A stretch of 64,000 nucleotides of DNA, taken from contig NW_024704742.1 in the NCBI RefSeq assembly GCF_018977255.1, positions 52,392,001 to 52,456,000 of the forward strand, in the 5' to 3' direction. The notes beneath the pieces are model-generated. The model made no database searches. It worked only from the letters and a program-made list of their open reading frames with translations, and was not told the origin of the DNA. How positions within the stretch are numbered: position 1 is the stretch's first letter; the number at the start of each line of letters is the position of its first letter. Shown here piece after piece: positions 53,410 to 64,000 of this stretch. The translations under genes were made by a program, and so were the position numbers. The stretch comes from Callorhinchus milii. Taxonomy: Eukaryota.

Positions 53410-54035
53410 AATCCCTCATACATGCTTTCATTGCATCCAGGCTTGACTATGCCAACATCCTGCTTGTCAACCTTCCCAACTCTTCCCTCCACAAGCTGCA
53501 GATCATCCAGAACTCTGCAGCTCGTGTCCTCTCCTGCACCAGGTTCCGTGACCTCATCACACCCAACCTCGTCGGACTTCACTGGCTCCCCATCCCTCAG
53601 AGGATTGAGATCAAAATCCTCATTCTCATCGTCAAGGCCCTCCATGGCCTTGCCCCCTCCTACCTCACCAAGCTGCTAACCTCTTATCAACCTCTTATCC
53701 GTTCCCTCTACTCAGCAGACTCCGACCTATTCCATGTGCCCCGTCCGGCCCAACCCACCATCGGCGGTCAGGTCTTCAACCTCTCTGCCCCCACCCTCTG
53801 GAACTCCATCCCACATTCCCTTTGCCTCGCTCCCTCCCTTGCCTCCTTCAAGGCACCACTCAGGACCCTCCTCTTCGACCATGCCTTCAGCCACCTTCCT
53901 ATCCTCACTGCTCACCACCCTCCCTGATCCCAAGCCCCCCCATCCCCACCCCCATTCGGATCCTAATCCCTGACTGTTCAGCGTCTTGGGACGTCCTCCC
54001 AATGTGAAAGGCGCTTTACAATGGCAATTTTGTAT
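53410..54035 (+). mobile_element. L2 3' fragment in KDR intron 17
   Basis: SRLDYAN...LHWLP...PTIGG; tail ends ~28 bp from the exon 17 donor; 11-bp internal tandem duplication at 53678-53699. Confidence 0.88.
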
Positions 54036-54063
54036 TTTATTGGGAGCAGTGGGGATTTCTTAC

Positions 54064-54199
54064 CTAACTTGAGTCTGTCCCTGGGAAACTCCCATTTACT
54101 AGCATCGTATGACAGACGTTCGCACTTTTCGTTCATCGGTACTTCATCTGGGTCGATGATGATTGACAGGTAGCCTGCCTTCAGTTCTGCATCACTGGG
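54064..54199 (-). CDS. KDR: KDR exon 17-equivalent (juxtamembrane)
   Basis: 136 bp; [46 protein letters not shown]801-equivalent in GYLSI. Confidence 0.97.
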
Positions 54200-54645
54200 C
54201 TGGAAAACAGTGGCAAATCGCGTTGTATTAACTGCCTGCTCTGTGTTCACAACCCGGTCAGGTTAATATCAGCCATTGTTGACAAAGGACACTGACCAAT
54301 CAATGATCCAGAATTAAATGTTATTAAACAAATGAAAGCACACATCACACCAGCGAGGTTGGGCATGCAATGCCTAACTCGCAATTACTTCAGATTTCAT
54401 TGTAATATGTCAGGACAGCCCCGAGCACTGGACAACAAGAGCCTTTGTCATGAATGGCACTTCCAATTAACAAGCATTAGTCGGTGCTTCGTTAAACCAT
54501 GCAGGAGCGTTATGGAATGAAAGGAAAAATGTGCCTGTTGTTTTAAACACAAAGACACGGTCATCATCATAAAGGGGCTACAGTCAGTTTTCATTTGTCA
54601 GACTGTGTAAATACTCAGGGAACAATGATGGGACTGTTTAATTAC

Positions 54646-54752
54646 CCGTTTTATGTTTCGAATGATGATTATTAGAAGCAACCAAAAGAACATGGCGATC
54701 ACTCCGGTGCCAATCAGGATAATGAGCTCTGGATTTGCTTTGTCTTCAGCTC
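54646..54752 (-). CDS. KDR: KDR exon 16-equivalent (transmembrane)
   Basis: 107 bp; [36 protein letters not shown]. Confidence 0.96.
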
Positions 54753-55906
54753 CTGGCATAGAAGAAGATGTTTTTTCAGTTTTGTTAGAGTGCATATGCC
54801 CACAGGCAGGAATTTACGAAAGGATAAATAGAAACAGACAAATGCAGACATGATAAAACTTACATAAACTCTTCATGAATACCCATAAAGCAAATATAAT
54901 AAAACGATTTTACTTCAGTAATGAAGTCACTCTCTTCATGACACTATGGATCCTAGATTGCAAATTCATTTAGCTTGCAGTTTTAGCTATTTTTAAATCA
55001 AATCAACATGAAAAACACTGTATACATTGAAAATAATATGTAGCTGCAACTGCATAGCTTTTCTGTTGTTTTCAAACCAACCCAACCCCAGGCTACTGTT
55101 CTGACAGCTGTGTGCTTTTTAGAATCAATATGGAGACACGCACAATGTGTAATAGTGATCTTTCTTCACTGCGTTCTGGTTGAAAGAATAGAGTGCTGTG
55201 CTGTTGGTGATGGAAATGATAATGTTGGCAGTTAATGAGAGGGTGAAGTTTTGAGAGGTGGGTCGACGTTTACATAGGATTGACATTTTGGGTGAATGAT
55301 CAGTGGCGGACCAGTTCCCCAAAAGGGCTTGAGATTGTAATATAAAATGGGGGGGTGCCAATTCACATACAGGGCTTCTTTTGTGGGGGTGCCAAAAAGT
55401 ATTTACGCATTAAAAACTTTGTGGTCTTAATTGAAATTTCTGAACTAGGCTGCACGAGCTGGTAAGCATCGTCAGCCATTCACAGGGACGCTCAGGGACT
55501 GATCAAGGGAAATTTCCCGATTTTCCATACACCCAGTCTGCCACTGGGAAGGGTGATGTTTTGGAGCGAGGGGTAACATTTTAGGGTGAAGGGGTGAATT
55601 TGAGGGCAAAGGGATACAGTTTACCCATTTCCATGTGTCTGGTATGTTGTGAGCACTGAGATGCACCCTTACCCAGATCATGAGAATTCAGTCACAGGTT
55701 GGCAAGAGCTGAGACTTGGGAACCCCACAGTGTTCATTGTGATATTGCTGGAACTTAACCAGCTAAAACACAGACAACCTGCTTCCCACTGCTTGTCCAG
55801 TGGGGAATATCTAATTTATTAGTTTTTGGGTTAACAGGATTAATTTATTACTCTAGCCAGGATCTGTATGTATCAATCTGTTTTTTCACATTAGTAGCTT
55901 TCTCAC

Positions 55907-56038
55907 CTTCTACAGCAACAGCAGCGTATGTCTCAACACATCCCACCTTGTTGCAAGCCTTGCATTTATACAGCCCTTCATCTTCCTTCTTCAGCCGCTG
56001 GATAGTCAAGGTCCTGTTGAACTCCCCAAGAATAATAC
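55907..56038 (-). CDS. KDR: KDR exon 15-equivalent (Ig7 C-half)
   Basis: 132 bp; GIILGEFNRTLTIQRLKKEDEGLYKCKACNKVGCVETYAAVAVE; retains the D7 homotypic-contact motif (RxxxxD-xG). Confidence 0.95.
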
Positions 56039-56800
56039 CTGTCAGGACACACAGACACATCCAGTCAGGCACCGATTCCCACTCTTCATAGTTCAAGAAT
56101 TTACAAATCTGGCAAACGTGACAAGAAGCAGGAGATAATATGATGTGTAAAATACCAGTTTCAGTAATCACATTCCCATTCGCATTTTCTTATTTTAAAA
56201 CCGTTATTATATTTTGCTTGTAAATGTGTTTCGGTTTATGTTCGAAAGAAACTATGCAGTTATTATAAATGTCAAATTATGCAATATGGTTATATAGATT
56301 TATATTTGGCTTTCTGCATGTCCCAACCCTCTCTGCACCACTCATGCTGCCCAAGCCTACAGTTCCGACCCCCCTGCCCCCTATGCTCCTCTGAACCCAC
56401 CTCCATTTACCACACCGTCTTGGTTCCTCTCTGTCTGTTTTCAACTTCTACCTCAAATTCCACATCTTCAAACATGCCTGTTACTACCTCCCCCTTCCCT
56501 CCCTTGCTTAGTATCCAAATCACTCCTGCAAAGTGCTCCAAGACTCTACCTACTTAAAGGGCAAATCTCACATTTTACAATGTTTTTCATTAGTTTCAAA
56601 GATCAAGGTTGATCAAAATTTTGAATCTGTTAAAAACATTATGAAAATTGTAATGAACTTGAGGAGTGCTCCTATGCTGGACATTTATAGATTGACAAAA
56701 CTGAAATTTTGTCTTGCACAACAGTTTGAGAGGTTGGTTCGATCCCTTTAAATACATCTGCAGATGGAAGGATAAAATTGAGCAGATAGAAGTGTCCTAC

Positions 56801-56947
56801 CTGAGACCTCCAGAAGTTGCTTGCCATTTTTATACCATATGATGCGTGGACTTGGTGAACCAACCACATCACACATCATTTCTATGGAGGAGCTCATGTT
56901 CACTATTTGGTCTGTCAGGTTCTGAAGCACTAGTGGAGCCTGTTGAG
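56801..56947 (-). CDS. KDR: KDR exon 14-equivalent (Ig7 N-half)
   Basis: 147 bp; AQQAPLVLQNLTDQIVNMSSSIEMMCDVVGSPSPRIIWYKNGKQLLEVS; canonical splice sites. Confidence 0.95.
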
Positions 56948-57083
56948 CTGTTACCAAAATGAGAAAAAAAAGTCAAATTAATTATGATCTCCTACTCTAG
57001 TACTTTTTCACTATTAGTTTATCTCTGAGGCAAGCCTTCTCTGGAGGCATCCAGTATTGTAAAATTGTCTATAGTTATCTTAC

Positions 57084-57422
57084 CTTTTACAGAAAGGATC
57101 TTTATCATACAGAACTTGTCACCAGTGTTTTTATTCTGGGCTTCACAAAGGTAGATCCCTTGATCTTCAAGAGACACGGATTCAAAGCTCAGTTTGATGG
57201 TGATGTTTTCTGTCTTGAGATTGGAAACCATTTCCGTAGTCATTTTTTGGGCATGGTGATGCAAGTTTTTGCAAGTGTTGCTATGATGGCTTTGGAGGAC
57301 TGAAGAGGGGAGCTTGTACCACTTCAGGTTTTCGTACATATACCTGTCGGCTCTACACTGAAGAGATACATTGTCCTTTTCAATTGGATTGTCAGTGGGC
57401 TGTAGATTAATTTCAAGTCCCT
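57084..57422 (-). CDS. KDR: KDR exon 13-equivalent (Ig6)
   Basis: 339 bp, tttcag|...|gtaag; GLEINLQPTDNPIEKDNVSLQCRADRYMYENLKWY...EDQGIYLCEAQNKNTGDKFCMIKILSVK; Ig C-W-C pattern. Confidence 0.95.
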
Positions 57423-59086
57423 CTGAAACATCAAAGGCACAGCCCTTTCATTATTCTCTGAGAAACAAATCCTTTATTCTACTACAAGCTTCTGAAATGT
57501 CAAGTACCATATCCAGAAACCATCAACAATATTTGCATAACTTACCTTTTGCCTACAAACAAAAGTCACTAAACATGACATCAATTACTTAAAGCATTCT
57601 AAAGAGGTTCAATGTATTCATAAAAATGCTATAAAACACTATAAAAATGCAACTTCGTTTTTTCTTATTTGTTCATTTTCATGATTCAATTTGATAATTT
57701 TCTTTACTTGAATGTTAATCAGTACAACATTTTCTTTTAAATAAAGTTTGCCTATAAAATACAGTTGCAGTCACTACACTTCACAGTCAATCCTGTGAAA
57801 CATTTCTGATGTCCGACCAATGAGAAAGGTGCTTTATCAAATGCAATGATTATTATTATTTATTTAATTTGGACACACAAATACTTTGTAGATAATATTT
57901 TAATATTTTAGAGCTTGAGTAAAAAAAAACTGTAAAATGTATGCATCTGATTGCTTTCATTTATTGATTTCTATTTAGTATCTTAGATACATTATTCTCT
58001 TACCTAAGGTTGAGAAAGAAATGAAGTTCACAAGCAGACACAGAGAGTCAAATTGTCCAAAATAAAGAGTCTGATCAAAACTCTTTCTGCTTATCCAAAA
58101 ATCTAGCCATTATATTTGTAGGCAAAACATTAGAGCTGTTGTTAAAGGAAATGTCCAGAACCATTGCCAAAGGGTGAAACAATATACTGCACCTGGGACC
58201 TTCAGCTTTTAAGGTATCCAGTAATTAGGCTTTGCCTTGTTTAGTTCAAACAGGACACGCTTTCATCCAAACTGAGAATTTGCCTTTTACAGGATCTTAT
58301 CACGCTGAAAAGCATCGGAGAGTTGAAAAACTGGAGTTTTATGTGAAAAAGCAGAGGGTACTTTGTATTTATTTCTTCTGGTAAGTTTACAGTCTTCAAG
58401 GGAGCATTTACTTTAATGTAACAGACTGCCTTCGGTTTTCCACATTTAAAAGTGTTACATAAATTCTTCATTAGCTTTCTTTGTTTGTGCTTTTATAAGG
58501 CGGCGAGCAACGATTTGGAAGACATTGAACTTTTGAATTGGCAATGTTATCCCTGTTCAGACGTCTCTATTGTCTTTGGCATTGGATGTTCTAAGGAAGT
58601 CTGGGATCTAGAGTGAGGGTTTGGGCAGTTTAAGGAAAAATGTACCTGAATTTTCGTAGTGGCTTTATCACATCAAAATACACCTCAAAAGTAGATTGGT
58701 TGCTTTTGTAAGCACACACAAATCCAGCAGCCATTGAAACATTGAGCTAAGCTGCTATTGTGTAAACTGACAATGAAATGTGATGCTTTTCTACCTGATA
58801 TTACATTAAATTCCATCTGAACCTAGGCTCTACCCACCTCGTGCCCCACCCCACTTCTCCAATTTTGGCACAATGATTTGGTCCAAGGTCTCTTTTCAAA
58901 ATGTTTCAACCATGATGGATTGTTGCTGAGCAAAAGCTGGTTGAGATAAGACGGGTGTCCTATGTTAGCTGCAGATATACATGCTCTGTGATCCAGAGAT
59001 ATTTGAGCCAGAGCCAAAAAAGTATTCAGCTTCTATTATGAAACATTATGTCTTTCACCTCAAGATCACAGGTAATAATTATCAGT

Positions 59087-61350
59087 GACCCCTCTTCTCC
59101 TCTCACCCTCCTCCACAACATCCTCTCCTCCACACTTGATACTCTTGCCCCCATCACCTCCCGTACTGTCTCCTACTCTCGCTCCTCCCCCTGGTTCACC
59201 ACCCACCTCCGCTCACTGAAGAGCCAGGTGTGGGCCGCTGAACGCACCTGCGTCAAATCTGACCTAACGGTCCACCGACAAATCTGGCTGGACCTCCTCA
59301 AAATCTACCGCTCCACTCTAGCCTCGGCCAAGTCGTCCTTCTACTCCAGGATAATCCTGGAGGCGAAGAACAACCCCAGGCTTCTGTTTTCTACCACATC
59401 CCGACTCCTCCGTCCCCCCCGCCACCCCGCGCAGGTCATCTCCTCCAACCTTCACTGCGAGGAGATGCTGGATTTCCTTGAATCCAAAATCAAGGGGATT
59501 CGCTCCGCGGTCACTTCCCCTCCAACATCCACCCACCCCCCACCCCCTCCCTCCCACACTCCAACTCCTACCCATCCTCCCCTACACACTTTCGTACCCG
59601 TTTTCCCACCCTCTGTCACCAAACTCATCCTATCCCTGAAACCCACCACCTGCTCCCTTGACCCCATCCCCACTCCACTCCTTATCTCCCAGCTCCACCT
59701 CCTTGCCCCACATATCACAGACATCATCAACCTGTCCCTCTCCTCTGGCTCTGTTCCCATTCCCTTAAAAACTGCCACCATCACTCCCACCTTGAAAAAA
59801 CCCTCCCTTGATGCGTCGCAGCTATCAAGCTACCGGCCCATCTCCAACCTCCCCTTCCTGTCCAAGGTCCTGGAACGAGTTTTCCGCCTCCCAGCTGCGC
59901 TCTTTCCTCTCCACCCATTCATTATTCGAACCCCTTCAATCGGGTTTCCGTGCTGCCCATAGCACAGAAACTGCCCTGGTCAAGGTCACCAATGACATCC
60001 TGACCATCTGTGACCAGGGCTCCCTCTGCCTCCTCGTCCTATCAGCAGCATTCAATACGGTCGACCATGCTATCCTCCTCCACCGCTTGTCCTCCCACCT
60101 CAACCTTCAAGGCCCTGTCCTTGAGTGGTTTAGGTCGTACCTCTCCCACCGTCTTCACTTTGTTTCCACGAATGGCTTTTCCTCCGGCCCCCGCACTGTC
60201 TCGTGCGGTGTCCCTCAGGACTCTGTCCTCGGTCCCCTCCTCTTCACCCTCTATATGCTCCCCCTTGGTGACATCATTCTCAGACATGGGGTTAACTTCC
60301 ACATGTATGCGGATGACACCCAACTCTACCTTTCCTCCTCTACCCTCAACTCCACGACCACCGATGTCCTGACAACCTGCCTGTCCGACATCGAGTCCTG
60401 GACGAGAGACAACTTTCTTCAGCTCAACGTGCGTAAAACTGAGGCCCTCCTGATTGGCTCACGTCAGTGACTCCGCACCTCAGGCGCTGACAGCATTAGC
60501 ATCCATGTCTGCACTCTCCAACTCTCAAAGCCGGTCAGGAACCTCGGGGTTCTGTTCGTCCCTGAGCTGTCCTTTCTTCCTCATATCCGCGCCACAACTG
60601 GCACCGCCTTCCATCACCTTCGGAATATCGCCAGACTACGGCACTACCTCACCCCTCACGCTGCTGAAACTCTGGTCCACATCTTTATCACCTCAAGGCT
60701 GGACTAGGGGAACTCTCTCCTCGCCGGCCTTCCCGGCACCTCCCTCCACAAGCTGCAGGTCATTCAGAACTCTGCAGCTCGTGTACTGTCCCGCACCAGG
60801 CTTCGCGACCACATCACTCCCACCCTCGATCGCCTCCACTGGCTCCCCATCCCCCAGAGGATCGAATTCAAGATCCTCATCCTCACCTACAAGGCCATTC
60901 ACGGCCTCGCTCCCTCCTACCTCTTTGACCTACTATCCCCCTACCTACCTCCCGTACCCTCCGTTCCTCTGGCTCCGGTCTGCTCCACATCCCCCGCCCC
61001 AACCGCCCTACCATCGGTGGCCGGGCCTTCAGCCCCTCAGCCCCTAGGCTCTGGAACTCTATCCCCCAGTGCCTTCTCCTTGCCTCCTCCCTTTCCTCCT
61101 TCAAGACCGGTCTCAAGACCTTTCTCTTTGACCGTGCCTTCAGCTCCCCTCTCGACTCTCTACCCCCTCCTCGCTCCCTCCCTTCCCTCCCCTCACCCTG
61201 ACCATTTCCCCCCTCCTCGCTCCCTCCCTTCCCTCCCCTCACCCTGACCATTTCCCCCCTGCTCGGGTCCTGACCCAACTGTACAGCGCCTTGGGACGTC
61301 CTCCTGATGTGAAAGGCGCTCTATAAATGGAATCTTGTTGTTGTTGTTGT
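59087..61350 (+). mobile_element. L2-clade LINE, 5'-truncated (~2.3 kb), defective ORF2 (reverse transcriptase)
   Basis: ORF2 motifs [53 protein letters not shown]; frameshift near 59880, stop at 60468-60470; 3' stem-loop and (TTG)n tail; antisense in KDR intron 12. Confidence 0.95.
61163..61254 (+). repeat. 46-bp tandem duplication in the L2 3'UTR
   Basis: Two identical 46-bp units; a single unit in the sister copy at ~5199-5244. Confidence 0.9.
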
Positions 61351-62929
61351 GGTGATAACTGCAACACCACATTTTCACCCCTAATAAAAAACCCTTTTGT
61401 TCCATTTCATAAACTGAGCGTTAGTGAGGTTGCGTGAAATTGTTTTTTAAGCAGGAAATGAAGAGCTTCCTGTACAGTCCATATGCTGGATTCTAACAGG
61501 AAGAAATTACTTAAATAAAAATGACCCAAATTCCACTGAGACTATGAAAAAAAAGTAAATTCATCCTTACACAATTATTTTCCTGTTTAATACGACTTAC
61601 GGTTCATAAAAGAAAATAAACTCAGGGAATTGTGAGTCACAAGGAAAGGCAGTGCACAGGACTTTATTATTGAGAAACTCCTACTTGTGTCTATCTGGAT
61701 TCTTGCTTGACTTTGAAGAAGTCCAGCTTTCCCTACAACAATGGGATTGCTGGACAAGCAATAAAGTGCGTTACGCACATGCTCGATATTGTTAGTCATT
61801 TACAGAAACTTGTTGTGACTGTATGTACTTCAATTCTAGTCACAGGATATCTACAATGGAAGCACACTTCTATTATGGGTTACTCAATTAATAACATGGT
61901 ACCTAACACTGTTCAGCCATTCCCCAGCAAGAGTCAGAGGTTTCAGGCGAGGAGGAGCATGTTTTAATAAGAATTGTTCGGTTTCTTGAGATTGGCCAGT
62001 ACATCTTATCAATGAGACTTAGAATTGTAGACATGTATCAAACAAGCATGGTTTGATAACTGAAATATTGGTTCAGCTGAGGAACTATGTTGTGTTCCTT
62101 ATAGCAAAAAATAGGTGCAAACATACATTTATTTGGGAATGAATAGCAATTCAAAATACTCCATACATAGGATCCCCACTTAATGATAAACAATGGACAA
62201 ATCTCTGGTAACTTTTCATGATATTTGCTCAACTGGTATTGGCTGTATATATTAGGGTTTACAACCTTCAGAACATGTCTACAATTCCAAGTCTCATTGA
62301 TAAGATGTGCTGGCCAATTTCAAGAAAACAAACAATTATAGGCACCATCAGCTACCTCCACCAAGTGGCCTCAGGGTGCAGAGTGAGGGTCAACAGGCAG
62401 CCACACACTCACGCACTTCCTAGCTGAAATCACTGGATAGTGATAAAGAACAGGAAGCCTGGCTGACCGTTTCCTCTCTTTAGCCTAGGGAAGGGATGAA
62501 CTAAATATGCACGGACTATGGATTTAACCTGGGGCTTCTGGCTTGGATGGATCAGTGCCTTTCCTGACTGGGCCATCAAAGGCACACAATTCTTTAGATT
62601 TCATATATTTATATGTATTTTTCAAATAGGTTTATTATACAAGGTTTGCATTTTTTACAATTGCTTTGTTTCCATCCAAAAATGTGAGTTGGCTTATTAG
62701 TGATATTGCCTTAATTGCCAAACAACTTGTTTTCCATTCTTCTTCTCCCATAATAAATAGCTAACTCACAGCAAACTGAAACAGCTGCATTTTTACCGTA
62801 CAAGTTCTTCTTTAACTGTTTGTAATTATACAGTTCTCAGATCTCAAAGTTCAAGTCTGCCCAGGCTCTTTCAGTCTCCATGGGACTTGTTTTAATGAGA
62901 AGCTGAGACAGACATTCTTCGGTACTTAC

Positions 62930-63038
62930 TGGTTACATGAAAGATGATCTCTCTCTCATCTTGTCCCACTTTGTTAATAGCCCGGCATCTGTACATTGCA
63001 CAGACATTCGCTGCCTGGATTATGAGCGAACTGACCAT
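62930..63038 (-). CDS. KDR: KDR/VEGFR2 exon 12-equivalent (end of Ig5)
   Basis: 109 bp with AG/GT flanks; translates [36 protein letters not shown], cf. human [36 protein letters not shown]. Upstream exons lie beyond the window. Confidence 0.95.
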
Positions 63039-63937
63039 CTACCAGAAAATATCAGGGAGAAAAAGAAGGTACACGTAAATTTTAAAATGCATTCAACTGA
63101 GTAAAGATTTTTTTTATTTTGGGTCAGTTACTGTGCTTAATAGTCACCAAAGTGAGTTCCATATATACATTGAAATTTATGTTAGTACTTTGGCTTGCAC
63201 GGTCAACAGGAACTAAGTGGAAAGAATCCCTTTTCCCAGTGACTGGTCTGAACCCTCCACGGCCTACCAACAACCCAGGCTAGTCTGCCATCAACAGTGC
63301 ATTGGAGTCCTGTGGACCTGCCTGACTCAGAAACAGATCCAGCTTCTGAGGTAGTAGCAGAAAATTAATTCGATTCTGATATTCCATTGCCAGGCCCATG
63401 ACCTTGAAGCTATCTCAGCCCAACATAGACCTCTCTCACCTAGTCTAATTGTTTAATTTGTTTAGTCTAATTTGATAAAGTAAATTAAGTAATTCAAACA
63501 CACAGATCTAAACAGTTGCATGATGCAATTTACAGATATGAATTTAAACACATCATTTTTGGATATGATTTTCTGCCACTCTGAAGGTCATATCTTCAAA
63601 ATAAAGACAATGAAAGAGAATAGGAAATGCAGGAGACTTTGTTTAGTAAAAGCCTAATAAGTATTTGAAACAAACTCTGAGCACAGATTGTGGAACAAGA
63701 AACTGCATAGCATTTCAAAAAGGAACTAGACAAGTTTCTGACAACTAAAAACATTTAGGATTTTTAGATTTCAAGCTTAATACATCAGGAGACTTGAGTA
63801 GGAAATCGAATGGGTTGACTAGATGATTTGATGGCCTACTCTCACCTGAAATTGCTACTCTGATAGTTATATGTTATAGTTTCCTTTAAGAACTGTATAG
63901 TATTAATGTAATGCTAGTCATATTTAATACATATAAT

Positions 63938-64000
63938 CAAAATGCAAAATACTGAAGATGCTGGAAATCTGAAACAAAAACAGAAGCCCTGGGAACACTC
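63938..64000 (-). mobile_element. Penelope-like terminal fragment running off the window end
   Basis: caaaatgcaaaatactgaagatgctggaaatctgaaacaaaaacagaag...gggaacactc, homologous to 33878-33941. Confidence 0.72.

Noticed and set aside
59048..61047. Long ORFs (304, 220, 197 aa) as a host gene or active retrotransposon
   Set aside because: They are pieces of a 5'-truncated L2 ORF2, or its alternative frames, with a frameshift and a stop and no endonuclease domain.

Overview
Vertebrate genomic DNA. The repeat content (L2 LINEs, Deu-domain SINEs, a Penelope-type hairpin) suggests a cartilaginous fish, possibly a chimaera; this is an inference. The right ~26 kb holds the 3' two-thirds of KDR (VEGFR2) on the minus strand. 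I mapped 19 coding exons by hand (human-equivalent exons 12-30, 63038 down to the stop at 37627). All have GT-AG boundaries and form one continuous reading frame covering the end of Ig5, Ig6, Ig7, the transmembrane segment, the split tyrosine kinase and the C-tail. A repeat-poor 3'UTR probably runs to ~35100. The left ~35 kb has no recognisable host coding exon and is intergenic DNA rich in L2 LINE 3' fragments, tRNA-derived SINEs, CR1 fragments and palindromic MITE-like relics. Most notable observations: (i) a stop + tandem AATAAA + GU-rich cassette in intron 15, just before the TM exon, predicting a candidate soluble VEGFR2; (ii) loss of the Y951-equivalent together with a FLT1-like C-terminal double-tyrosine motif; (iii) a Penelope-like hairpin carrying two degenerate minimal hammerhead ribozymes; (iv) two unrelated retroelements inserted at the same site of the L2 3' tail; (v) a chimeric SINE whose young subfamily shares the L2 tail stem-loop. 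I found no evidence of a wholly new multi-gene system. Repeat boundaries are approximate; exon boundaries were read from splice sites.
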